Source of the DNA: Terriglobia bacterium
GTDB taxonomy: Bacteria > Acidobacteriota > Terriglobia > JAJPHL01 > JAPKYU01
Length of the DNA: 64,000 nucleotides
Assembly (NCBI GenBank): GCA_965223005.1
Contig: CBDCVK010000010.1
Coordinates: 1,024,001 to 1,088,000, forward strand
Reading direction: 5' to 3'
The notes beneath the pieces are model-generated. The model was not told where the DNA came from, made no database searches, and saw only the letters and a program-made list of their open reading frames with translations. The position numbers and the translations under genes were made by a program. This document shows, piece by piece, positions 1 through 8,108 of the stretch; the stretch's first letter is position 1, and each line of letters starts with the position of its first letter.

Positions 1-888
1 GATCGCGACCAGGTCGGCGAGGGTGTCCGCCCCCACGTGGCTGGCCACCAGGGGAGCCCCCACGACACGGGCCTTGGGATGCGTCAGCAGGCCCAGGCGG
101 TGAGCCAGCTCGGTCAGCGCCGTCGTTGTGCGCTGCCCGGCCAGGTATTCGTGCTCGACCAGCGACTTGTAGGGTTTCTGGCCGATGGACTGCACGTCCA
201 GATTGAAGAACAGGTCGCGCATCGTAGAGTTGCCGACCAGAATGGCCTCGTAAATCTCATGGCGCACGATTCCCAGTGTCTGACACATCGCCCGCAGCTC
301 GTAGTTGACTGCCGTGATCACACTCTTGTGGAGTTCACCCTGGAATGGGCCGGAATCGTAGGAGATGCGGTGCATGATGTCGCTGCCGCCGAAGCGCTGA
401 GGGTTCTCCAGCGAGCCCAGGCAGGCGACCGCGCCCGTCTCCAGGTCCACGAGCTCGACAACAATGGTGGTGGTACCCAGGTCAATGGCCAGGCCGTAAA
501 GGTGGCCGCGGTAGTGGTCAACCACCTCGCCGTCGTAGAGGACTTTGTCGCCGGCGCGGGTGACCAACGGATCCAGTTCAACTGCGGTGGCGGCGGAACT
601 GGTCAGAATCTGCGGGCGGCGGCGGAGCAGTTCGAACGCAACGTCAATGTCGGGATCTTCGACCACCGCCTGGCAGGCCAGCCGGTAGTTCTCCCGCAGG
701 AACTCTTCCGCCTCGGTGCGCGGACATAAGGCCTCCACGCCGCGCTTGATTTCCACGATGCATTCGTGACAGATGCCGCTGCGGCCGCAGGAGGTGGGCA
801 CCTGCACGGCGAGATCGTCGGCATAGTCGAAAACGGTGCGGCCCCGCTCCAGGCTGCAGCGGCTGCTGTCATAGGAGATGTGGGCCAT
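1..888 (-). CDS. ASKHA-domain reductive activator of corrinoid proteins (RACo/RamA-like, DUF4445) with N-terminal 2Fe-2S domain; runs off the window edge
   Basis: Not in ORF track; read by hand from ATG at 888: MAHISYDSSRC...PTSCGRSGICHEC...YRLACQA (2Fe-2S), then GLAIDLGTTT, ENPQRFGGSDIMHRI, VGNSTM, SHVGAD (RACo motifs); open frame to position 1. Confidence 0.9.
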   Translation of the reverse strand, partial: MAHISYDSSRCSLERGRTVFDYADDLAVQVPTSCGRSGICHECIVEIKRGVEALCPRTEAEEFLRENYRLACQAVVEDPDIDVAFELLRRRPQILTSSAATAVELDPLVTRAGDKVLYDGEVVDHYRGHLYGLAIDLGTTTIVVELVDLETGAVACLGSLENPQRFGGSDIMHRISYDSGPFQGELHKSVITAVNYELRAMCQTLGIVRHEIYEAILVGNSTMRDLFFNLDVQSIGQKPYKSLVEHEYLAGQRTTTALTELAHRLGLLTHPKARVVGAPLVASHVGADTLADLVAI

Positions 889-892
889 CTTT

Positions 893-928
893 GCTCAGGA
901 GGTTCCCGGGGCTCAGGAGGTTCCCGGG
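893..928. repeat. Perfect 18-bp tandem duplication (gctcaggaggttcccggg x2)
   Basis: Seen directly in the spacer before the RACo start codon. Confidence 0.95.
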
Positions 929-929
929 G

Positions 930-1172
930 TCAGGCAGTTTCCCACGCCTTTCGGTAATCCAGCTTGTCGTCGCTGGCGCACACGGGCAGCTCCCCAGCCT
1001 GCTTGGGCTTGCGCTTGTTGCGGCAGCCAAACTGCGCCGTGCATTGGTCCAGGCGGTTCTTGTAAGGGCAACGCCGGAGAGACAGCTCGTCGGCGTGCGC
1101 CGCGATCCCCGTCAGGATTTCGGTGAGCCGGTCCAGGCGTTTTTGGTACTCGTGTTGGTCGATTTTCTCCAT
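930..1172 (-). CDS. Small Cys-containing hypothetical protein (Cx8Cx5Cx14C)
   Basis: 80-aa ORF tightly packed between the corrinoid protein and RACo on the same strand. Confidence 0.75.
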   Translation of the reverse strand: MEKIDQHEYQKRLDRLTEILTGIAAHADELSLRRCPYKNRLDQCTAQFGCRNKRKPKQAGELPVCASDDKLDYRKAWETA

Positions 1173-1188
1173 GCCGTCGCCCTAGAGT

Positions 1189-1938
1189 CTAGACCGGCAC
1201 CCCCATCAGCCGCTTGGCTAGCGCGACGCAGGCCATCGCGTCCTTGCCGTAACCGTCGGCTCCCATGTCGTCGGCAAAGTCCTGTGTGACAGGCGCGCCG
1301 CCGACCATGATTTTCACGTTGTCCCGCAGGTCGGCGTCAATAAAGGCTTCGATCGTCTTGCCCATGTTGGGCATGGTGGTGGTCAGCAGCGCGGACATCC
1401 CCATCAGGGGGGCCTCGTGCTCCTCGACGGCCTCAATGAACCGGTCCGCCGAGGTGTCCACTCCCAGGTCAATCACCACAAAGCCGGTGCCTCGCAACAT
1501 CATGATGCACAGGTTCTTGCCGATGTCGTGCAGGTCTCCTTTGACGGTGCCCATGACCACCTTGGCAATGGGCTTAACGCCGGAGGCCGACAGGATGGGC
1601 TCAATGTAGGCCATGCCCGCCTTCATTGCCCGAGCGCAGGCCAGAACTTCCGGCACAAAGATGAAGTTCTCCCGGAACTTGATGCCGACAATCCCCATGC
1701 CGGCAATCAAGCCGTCGTCCATCACCTCCAGCGCCACGGTCCCTGCCTCCAGCTCCTCTTTGGTCAGTTGATCCACCGTGCCGTTGTCACCGTCAATCAG
1801 CGCCGCCGCGATGGTCTGCATTTTCGGCCTGACCTTCGCGAAGGTGTCAATCATGCGCTGCCGCTCTTCGGGACGCTCGATGTACTCTTCGATCTCCTGC
1901 CGGATGAAGTCGTTGGAAATGTCGCTGAGCTCCGCCAT
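1189..1938 (-). CDS. Cobalamin (corrinoid)-binding methyltransferase cognate protein
   Basis: B12 cap domain (GLIAGMGIVG..F...FVPEVL) plus GTVKGDLHDIGKN base-off/His-on motif, SALLTTTM, MVGGAPVT. Confidence 0.95.
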   Translation of the reverse strand: MAELSDISNDFIRQEIEEYIERPEERQRMIDTFAKVRPKMQTIAAALIDGDNGTVDQLTKEELEAGTVALEVMDDGLIAGMGIVGIKFRENFIFVPEVLACARAMKAGMAYIEPILSASGVKPIAKVVMGTVKGDLHDIGKNLCIMMLRGTGFVVIDLGVDTSADRFIEAVEEHEAPLMGMSALLTTTMPNMGKTIEAFIDADLRDNVKIMVGGAPVTQDFADDMGADGYGKDAMACVALAKRLMGVPV

Positions 1939-1959
1939 AGTGTGTTCCTAAGCCCGTTC

Positions 1960-2997
1960 CTAGTTGGCCGAGGCGTGCTGCCGGTGCCACTCGCGCACGG
2001 CCCCGGGAATCTCCTTAAGGTTCTCGACCGTAGTCTGCAGCGGGATGGCGCACTCCGGGCCCACCAACTGCACGCCCGCGTCCAGGTTCTTCCAAACCTC
2101 TTGCCGGACTTCCTCAGGGCCCCTCGAATACAGGATCTCCGGATTGTTGATGTTTCCCACCAGCGAGATGCGGTTCTTCATGATCGCCATCGATTCGGCG
2201 GGGTCGTTCTTGGAATCGTAGTGAAACGCCGCGAATCCGGTCTGCGCAATGTACTCCATGCGGTCCAGCGTGCGGCCACAGATGTGCATAATCAGCGGAA
2301 TCGGAATCCGCTCGGCAAACTCGATGTGCATGTCGCGCAGGTAGCGCCGGTAGTACTCGCCGCTGACCAGGTCGCCGGTGGCGTGGTCGGGCAGAGTCAG
2401 GGCATCGGCGCCCGCTTCGATCTGGGCCAGGCCAAAGTCAATGGTGACCTGCTTGAGTGCCTCCAGGCACTGCATGGTCTTGCCCGGATCATCCAGCGAC
2501 AGCAGCAGAAACGGCTCCACGCCGAAGCAGTGGTAGGCCAGCGACCAGGGTCCCATCGTCTTGCCGACGATCGCCACCTCGTCGCCGAACTCTCGGCGCA
2601 GAATCTTGATGGCCTGGATCACGCACTGCATGTCGGGATGCTTCAGCACGTCCGCGGGAATCCGGATGTCTTCCGGCTTCTCGAAGATCGGCTCGCGCAT
2701 TTTCACCGTCGGCCAGTTGTCTTTCTGCTCCCACTGGATCTTGCAGCCCAGTGCGGAAGACTCCTGAATGATGCTGAAGACCGGCATGATGGTGTCGAAG
2801 CCGAACTCGGTGTGTCCGGTGGCGGCCAGCCGCGCCATCAGTTCCGGCTTGCGGTTGGCGTCCGGGAAGGGTGCGTCCACCAGATCCATCATCTCCACCG
2901 TGGCCACCGAGGTGGGGTTGCAGACCGGCGTGCGGTCCACCGGCTCGCGGCGCAAGGCGGCCAGCACGCGCTGGCGACTCGTCATTGGTCCGACCAT
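1960..2997 (-). CDS. MtaA/CmuA-family methylcobamide methyltransferase (URO-D fold)
   Basis: Starts MTSRQRVLAAL; GPWSLA, QIEAGADA, Zn ligands MHICG ... GPECA, LVGNINN. Confidence 0.9.
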   Translation of the reverse strand: MVGPMTSRQRVLAALRREPVDRTPVCNPTSVATVEMMDLVDAPFPDANRKPELMARLAATGHTEFGFDTIMPVFSIIQESSALGCKIQWEQKDNWPTVKMREPIFEKPEDIRIPADVLKHPDMQCVIQAIKILRREFGDEVAIVGKTMGPWSLAYHCFGVEPFLLLSLDDPGKTMQCLEALKQVTIDFGLAQIEAGADALTLPDHATGDLVSGEYYRRYLRDMHIEFAERIPIPLIMHICGRTLDRMEYIAQTGFAAFHYDSKNDPAESMAIMKNRISLVGNINNPEILYSRGPEEVRQEVWKNLDAGVQLVGPECAIPLQTTVENLKEIPGAVREWHRQHASAN

Positions 2998-3018
2998 CTC
3001 CTTCTCCTCTCTTTCCCT

Positions 3019-3654
3019 CTACGCTTTTTGCTGGCTCGGCGCGACCAACTGGCCGCGGGAGGCAGCCGCCTCTTCTTCGCGCAACACCGCGCGCAGGTTC
3101 AAGGTGCGAACCAGCAACAACCCGACCAGCGCATCGTGGGTCTGCCCGCAGGGGAATGCCACCCGGTCGGCGCTGCCTTCCACCGGCGACATCTCGGCCA
3201 GCTTCCGGAATCCGGCTGCGATGGCTTCCACCCGCTTAGACTTGTCTTCCTCGGGCCCGTCTGCCGTTACCTGGTAGACCCCCGCCCCCAGGCTCGCCAC
3301 GACGATGTTTCGGCCCGATCGTTTGTCAAAGGCGCGGAGCGGCTTCGGTTCGAGCGCCGGGGTGGAGGGCAGCTTGCATGCCTCCAGAAAACCACGCTTG
3401 GCCCCAGCCTGGTGCGCCGAGCCACAGGAGAAGCGGAGCCGAACGTCCGTCCGCTCCGCCCCCGCCAGGTTCTCGAGCGCCCGGGCCACAAATTCGATTC
3501 GTTCGCGAACGCCTTCCAGCCGGCTGTAGCTGTGCACCAAGTATTCCGGCTGGTGACCGCCATCCTGGCGATAGAGAGCAACGGTGATGTCCTGGCAATG
3601 GGGATCCATCGGGACCAGTTCGACGCGTTTACCCAGATCCAGCGTTAGGCCCAT
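3019..3654 (-). CDS. Hypothetical protein with two FxCGxxxH motifs; first gene of the corrinoid operon
   Basis: ATG 3654 preceded by AGGAGG; 211 aa; LRFSCGSAH and VAFPCGQTH. Confidence 0.8.
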   Translation of the reverse strand: MGLTLDLGKRVELVPMDPHCQDITVALYRQDGGHQPEYLVHSYSRLEGVRERIEFVARALENLAGAERTDVRLRFSCGSAHQAGAKRGFLEACKLPSTPALEPKPLRAFDKRSGRNIVVASLGAGVYQVTADGPEEDKSKRVEAIAAGFRKLAEMSPVEGSADRVAFPCGQTHDALVGLLLVRTLNLRAVLREEEAAASRGQLVAPSQQKA

Positions 3655-3717
3655 AGTCAGGATCCTCCTGGCAGAGAGTGCCGGCCGGCAGGGAGTCAAG
3701 CCGGAAGGGAATCAGGT

Positions 3718-3785
3718 TTGACATCCTGCCTGCTTGTCTGCTAAGCTGACACTTCAGTATACCCCAGTTGGCAGCAAGCTGTAAA
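3718..3785. promoter_or_regulatory. Putative overlapping divergent sigma70 promoters
   Basis: + strand TTGACA(3718)-N18-TAAGCT with extended TG; - strand TTTACA-N18-TATACT (3785-3756). Confidence 0.5.
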
Positions 3786-3807
3786 GCCCCAGGAAGGTGT
3801 CAAGCCG

Positions 3808-4626
3808 ATGGTTGAGTCTCTCCAGCCAGTCGCTCGCAGGTTGCTCAGCGAGGGTATCGTCGAGCAGATCACCGCTATGATTGCGCGCAACGTGTTCCAG
3901 CCGGGCGACCGCCTCCCCTCCGAGAAGGAGCTCTGCCGGCAGTTCCGGGTGGGCCGGACCTCGGTTCGGGAAGCACTGCGGTCGCTCTCGGTGATGGGGA
4001 TCCTGGAATCGCACGCGGGCGAAGGAACCTTCGTTTGCCTCAACCCGGGCCGCTATCTGGAGCGGGCCTTTCAGTGGGGCCTGCTGCTGGACCGCAAGGT
4101 AGTCGAGGACCTGGTGGAAACCCGGTTGATGCTGGAGTCGCAAACGGCCGATCTGGCTGCCCAGAAGGCAACGAAGAAAGACCTGAGCGACATCGAAGTG
4201 GCCCTTCAGGGCATGGAGAAATCGCTGGCCGATCCGGAGAAATACCTGGAAAGTGACCTGCGGTTCCACCTGGGCATCGCCCGGGCGACGCAGAACTCGA
4301 TCCTACACAACCTGCTGACCACCATCCGGGGCTATCTGCAGGCCTTTATCCGGGAGACCCTGGCGTCTTCCCCGGCCAGCGACTCGACCCGGCGAGCCGC
4401 TGTTTCCCTCGCCGAGCACAAGAAAATCTTGCGAGCCCTCAAGAAAGGTGACCCCGAGGAAGCGCGGCGGGCCATGACCGAGCACATCGTTTCCTCGCGA
4501 GACGATCTGAGGAAGCATCTGTCGAACCGTCCCCATGCGCGAGACCGCGACGTTGTTAGTCTTCTGCCCCGACCAGAAGGGGCTCGTGGCCAGGATTTCC
4601 GGGTTCATCTTTCGCCACGGCGGTAA
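3808..4626 (+). CDS. GntR/FadR family transcriptional regulator
   Basis: PGDRLPSEKELC...VGRTSVREAL wHTH plus FCD domain (FHLGIARAT.N, EHKKIL). Confidence 0.92.
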   Translation: MVESLQPVARRLLSEGIVEQITAMIARNVFQPGDRLPSEKELCRQFRVGRTSVREALRSLSVMGILESHAGEGTFVCLNPGRYLERAFQWGLLLDRKVVEDLVETRLMLESQTADLAAQKATKKDLSDIEVALQGMEKSLADPEKYLESDLRFHLGIARATQNSILHNLLTTIRGYLQAFIRETLASSPASDSTRRAAVSLAEHKKILRALKKGDPEEARRAMTEHIVSSRDDLRKHLSNRPHARDRDVVSLLPRPEGARGQDFRVHLSPRR

Positions 4627-5389
4627 CATTCTGGACGCCGACCAGCACACGGATCTCGAGACCGGGGTGTTTCTGGCGCGGATGGAATGGGATCTGGAGG
4701 GGTTCGAGATCCCGCGCGCGCAAATCGCCGCGCGTTTTCAGCCGCTGGCCCAAGAACACCAGATACAGTTCGAGGTCCACTTCAGCGATGACGCTCCGAA
4801 ACTCGCGATCTTCGCCTCCGGGATGCTGCATTGCCTCCAGGATCTGCTGCTCCGGCACCGGGCCGGCGAGTTCCAGGCCGAGATCGCAATGGTCCTCAGC
4901 AATCATCTGGAGGCCAATGCGGTGGCGCAGGAGTTCGGAATCCCGTTCCTTCACTTCCCCATTACCGCGGCCAGCAAGAAGGAGCAGGAGGCCAGGGAGA
5001 TCGACGAGCTGCGGGCCAGAGGAATTGACCTGATCGTGCTGGCCCGCTATATGCAGATTCTGAGCGAGGATTTTGTCGCCGCCTTTCACAACCGGATCAT
5101 CAATATCCACCATTCCTTTCTTCCGGCCTTTGCGAGGGGCCAAGCCTACCACCAGGCTTTCCAACGTGGGGTGAAGCTGATCGGAGCCACCTCTCACTAC
5201 GTGACAATGGATCTGGATGAAGGTCCGATCATTGACCAGGAGGTCGTGCGCGTGAGCCATCGTGACTCAGTCCAGGATCTGATTCGCAAGGGGAAGGATC
5301 TGGAACGAGTGGTTCTGGCCCGCGCAGTGCGCCTGCACCTGGCTCATCGGGTGTTGACTTACGGGAACAAGACCGTTGTTTTCGACTAA
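4535..5389 (+). CDS. purU: Formyltetrahydrofolate deformylase
   Basis: ACT domain CPDQKGLVA; INIHHSFLPAF, GVKLIGATSHYVT, DEGPII, NKTVVF. Confidence 0.96.
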   Translation: MRETATLLVFCPDQKGLVARISGFIFRHGGNILDADQHTDLETGVFLARMEWDLEGFEIPRAQIAARFQPLAQEHQIQFEVHFSDDAPKLAIFASGMLHCLQDLLLRHRAGEFQAEIAMVLSNHLEANAVAQEFGIPFLHFPITAASKKEQEAREIDELRARGIDLIVLARYMQILSEDFVAAFHNRIINIHHSFLPAFARGQAYHQAFQRGVKLIGATSHYVTMDLDEGPIIDQEVVRVSHRDSVQDLIRKGKDLERVVLARAVRLHLAHRVLTYGNKTVVFD

Positions 5390-5497
5390 GCCCCGGGGCC
5401 TACCACCCTCCTTAACGCACGGCTGCGGATGATCAGTTACGCCTTGTTTGGTAGCTTCCTTCCGCTATAAAATAGGGCGCTCCCCGGGGAGGACATT

Positions 5498-6028
5498 ATG
5501 GGTGCCGCACTGACTGCAGGATTGTCCAGGCTGGTTGATGAAGCCGGCAAGTCCGGAGGGGGTCTGTCCGGGCAGGTTCTGGAAAAAATTGTCGCCGAAC
5601 TCGCCAAGGCCTTCCATGTAAAATTGGACGAAGTGGCCGTTTTGCACCTGACCCACGGCGGCTCCTTGCTTTCCTTTATTTATCCGTTAAAGCTGCAAAA
5701 AGTGGGCAACATCCCGATGACCAGCACCTCCTCACTAGCGGTGCGGACCGTGCGCGAGAAGCGGCCGGAAATGATCAACAATTTCCCCGCCCAAAAACAC
5801 CCGACAATTTTTGAGGCCATCGCACTGAGCGCCGAGACCAAGGGCAGCCCCATTCAGAAGATTATGAGCGCCCCCTTGGTGGTGGATGGCAAGGCGGTAG
5901 GGGTGATCCAGGTCTCTCGCAAGGGCAAGACCGCCCCGGCATCGGGTCCTGATTTCACCATCAAAGACCTTACCACTATGATTTCCGTGGCCGGGGTACT
6001 GGCGAAGGCTTTCAAAGGCGCCAAGTAG
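5498..6028 (+). CDS. Stand-alone GAF domain protein
   Basis: IMSAPLVVDGKAVGVIQVSRK...DFT GAF signature; GGAGG RBS. Confidence 0.8.
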   Translation: MGAALTAGLSRLVDEAGKSGGGLSGQVLEKIVAELAKAFHVKLDEVAVLHLTHGGSLLSFIYPLKLQKVGNIPMTSTSSLAVRTVREKRPEMINNFPAQKHPTIFEAIALSAETKGSPIQKIMSAPLVVDGKAVGVIQVSRKGKTAPASGPDFTIKDLTTMISVAGVLAKAFKGAK

Positions 6029-6048
6029 TCGGTCCCACCTCTCAGGTC

Positions 6049-6744
6049 TCAGCTCTCAGGTTTCAGTACCTGCGTCAGCCAGCCAACGATGGTGTCCAGC
6101 GCTTCGGTGTAGACCTGTGTCTGCGGCCGGCCGCGGACGCGGAAGGAGTGGTCGCCGTCCTCAATCCAGACCAACGTGGCACGGCGTCCGGGCCCACTGC
6201 CGGCGAGCCGTTCGACGACCGGGACCAACAAATCCCTTTGGGCAAAGGCATCTCGGGTCCCGGACAGGAATAGCATCGGGCAGCGAATGGAGTACAGGTG
6301 CTGGTCCCGGATCTGCTGCGGCCTGCCGAGCGGGTGGAGCGGATAACCTAGAAACACCAGCGCGTGGGCGGGGTAGCCGGCGGCGACCAGATGGGAGGCG
6401 ATGCGCCCGCCCATGGACTTGCCGCCTAGCACAATTTTCGGCTCTCGAGGGGCAGGCACCTTCGCTTGCCCGCGCGCGAAGTCGGCCGCGGCACGATAGC
6501 AGGTTTCCAACAGTGGCCGGCGGTCTGGCAGGTTCCGTTTGGCTTCCTTGTAAGGGAAATTGAAGCGCACCGCCAAGCAGCCGCGCTCAGCCAGGCCGTC
6601 GTGGAACACCCGCATGAACTCGGAATCTATGCCGCTGCCCGCGCCGTGGGCAAGCACGGCGACGGTGCGTGAGGCGGGCTCTCCGGCCAAGGCCGCCGAG
6701 ACGCGCTCGGCCCCGGGAACCGCAATGGTGACCCGCTGTTCCAA
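6049..6744 (-). CDS. Alpha/beta hydrolase (KANL3/Tex30-like)
   Basis: LAHGAG, GGKSMGGR nucleophile elbow, GYPLHP, GTRD, GDHSF. Confidence 0.88.
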   Translation of the reverse strand: MEQRVTIAVPGAERVSAALAGEPASRTVAVLAHGAGSGIDSEFMRVFHDGLAERGCLAVRFNFPYKEAKRNLPDRRPLLETCYRAAADFARGQAKVPAPREPKIVLGGKSMGGRIASHLVAAGYPAHALVFLGYPLHPLGRPQQIRDQHLYSIRCPMLFLSGTRDAFAQRDLLVPVVERLAGSGPGRRATLVWIEDGDHSFRVRGRPQTQVYTEALDTIVGWLTQVLKPES

Positions 6745-6852
6745 TGGCTCGCGGCCAGGGAGGGGAAAGGGGGATTTTCCCCAGCGAGAGGTCGCAGCAC
6801 GACGCTTCAGAGCATGACTCTGCGCGTCCTTCCGCGACCCAACGGTGAGAAG

Positions 6853-7137
6853 CTACTTCCTGCTCCTGTTGACTGCGGCTTTCAGTTCGGCGCCGGGCGC
6901 GAACTTGGCCACGCGCCGGGCGGCGATTTTCAGTGGCCGTCCGTTCTGTGGATTGCGTCCGGTGCGCGCCTTGCGGTGAGAAGTGGAAAAGGTGCCAAAC
7001 CCGACCAGGGTTACCCGGCCTCCCTTCTTGAGAGCGCCGGTCACACCTTCTACCAGCGCGTCCAGGGCGCGGTTGGCCTGCACCTTGCTGATGCCAGCAT
7101 CGTTCGAAACCCGCTCAATCAAGTCTCCCTTATTCAT
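6853..7137 (-). CDS. hup: HU family DNA-binding protein
   Basis: MNKGDLIE...GFGTFS...RTGRNPQ; start placed at ATG 7137. Confidence 0.95.
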   Translation of the reverse strand: MNKGDLIERVSNDAGISKVQANRALDALVEGVTGALKKGGRVTLVGFGTFSTSHRKARTGRNPQNGRPLKIAARRVAKFAPGAELKAAVNRSRK

Positions 7138-7297
7138 GAAGACATCCTCCTGGTTTGTTGCAGCGGTAGAGCAGATTGCGGCGAGTTTATAGCACCCACC
7201 CCGCACCTTGTCAACCAAAGAAATCGGTGGCGCGATCGCTGCCATCAGGCCAGCGCCTGCTTGCAGCCAAGAGGGTTCAAGAGCAATCAGCGCATTG

Positions 7298-7984
7298 TTA
7301 CGGCTTGCGGCCGGAGATGGAGGGCGGCCGGCCGCGAAGGGCGTCGTCCAGGCTGACTTCGAAATACATCAGCGGCTGTGAGTTGTGGGCCCAGACAAGC
7401 TGGGTGAGGTAGAGCTTGGAACCGGACAGCCAGTCCCTACCACTCCCGATCTCGAAGTAGAAGAAGCCGCTGGCCGTGGACTCCGGCGGCAGCAGGCGCA
7501 TGTTGAACTCGTGAACCAGCACTTCCATGACTATGTTTGCCCGTGACCCGCCGGGTAAGCGCGGCAGTGGGTAGGGCACCGTTCGGCGCGGCTGTTTCCC
7601 TTTCCCCGTCAGCCGTTGAACCACAACCCCCGCCGGGGTGGGCTCGATCTTCTGCCGGTCCCTCGTCAGCAATTGCACCAAAAGGTCATCCAGGCGCACC
7701 GTCTTGTCCGTCGTGTTGGCAATCACCACCAGCACCGGCAGGATGCCCGCTTTCGCCAGATTGTGCTTTCCGAAAACCGGCTTGGCTTTCTGGCGGGTCT
7801 CGAACGGTTCGGCGGCCGCGATTAACCCCTCGTGCGCGTCGCGTGCCGGATAGGCCTCCGCGGGCTTGGCACGGAACGCCAAGCGCTCCTTCTCGCCGGC
7901 CACAGCGCCACAGGCCCACAGCGCCACTCCCAGCAAGGCAACCCAACCGCGAATCCTTAGCCTGGGCCGCCGGTGTCGAGTCAT
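7298..7984 (-). CDS. Hypothetical exported protein
   Basis: Long ORF with signal-peptide-like N-terminus; start uncertain (ORF extends to 8071). Confidence 0.65.
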   Translation of the reverse strand: MTRHRRPRLRIRGWVALLGVALWACGAVAGEKERLAFRAKPAEAYPARDAHEGLIAAAEPFETRQKAKPVFGKHNLAKAGILPVLVVIANTTDKTVRLDDLLVQLLTRDRQKIEPTPAGVVVQRLTGKGKQPRRTVPYPLPRLPGGSRANIVMEVLVHEFNMRLLPPESTASGFFYFEIGSGRDWLSGSKLYLTQLVWAHNSQPLMYFEVSLDDALRGRPPSISGRKP

Positions 7985-8108
7985 CAACCAATTATGGGAA
8001 CGGGACGTTAGTTCAGCAAGATAGAGTTGCTCGGCAAGATATAATGGGGACCGGACCGGTAGAACAACCATTTTCGCCAGTTTCCGTTTTACCCTTCGCT
8101 CGGAACAG

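Noticed and set aside
1417-3648. 743-aa plus-strand ORF and other long antisense ORFs (e.g. 18254-20044, 25912-27366)
   Set aside because: Shadow frames of well-supported opposite-strand genes in GC-rich DNA; no recognisable motifs.
1189-3654. Pyrrolysine read-through, since three methyltransferase-operon genes end in TAG
   Set aside because: Each TAG falls at a plausible protein end and is followed by the next gene's start; no MttB/MtmB/MtbB or pyl genes seen.
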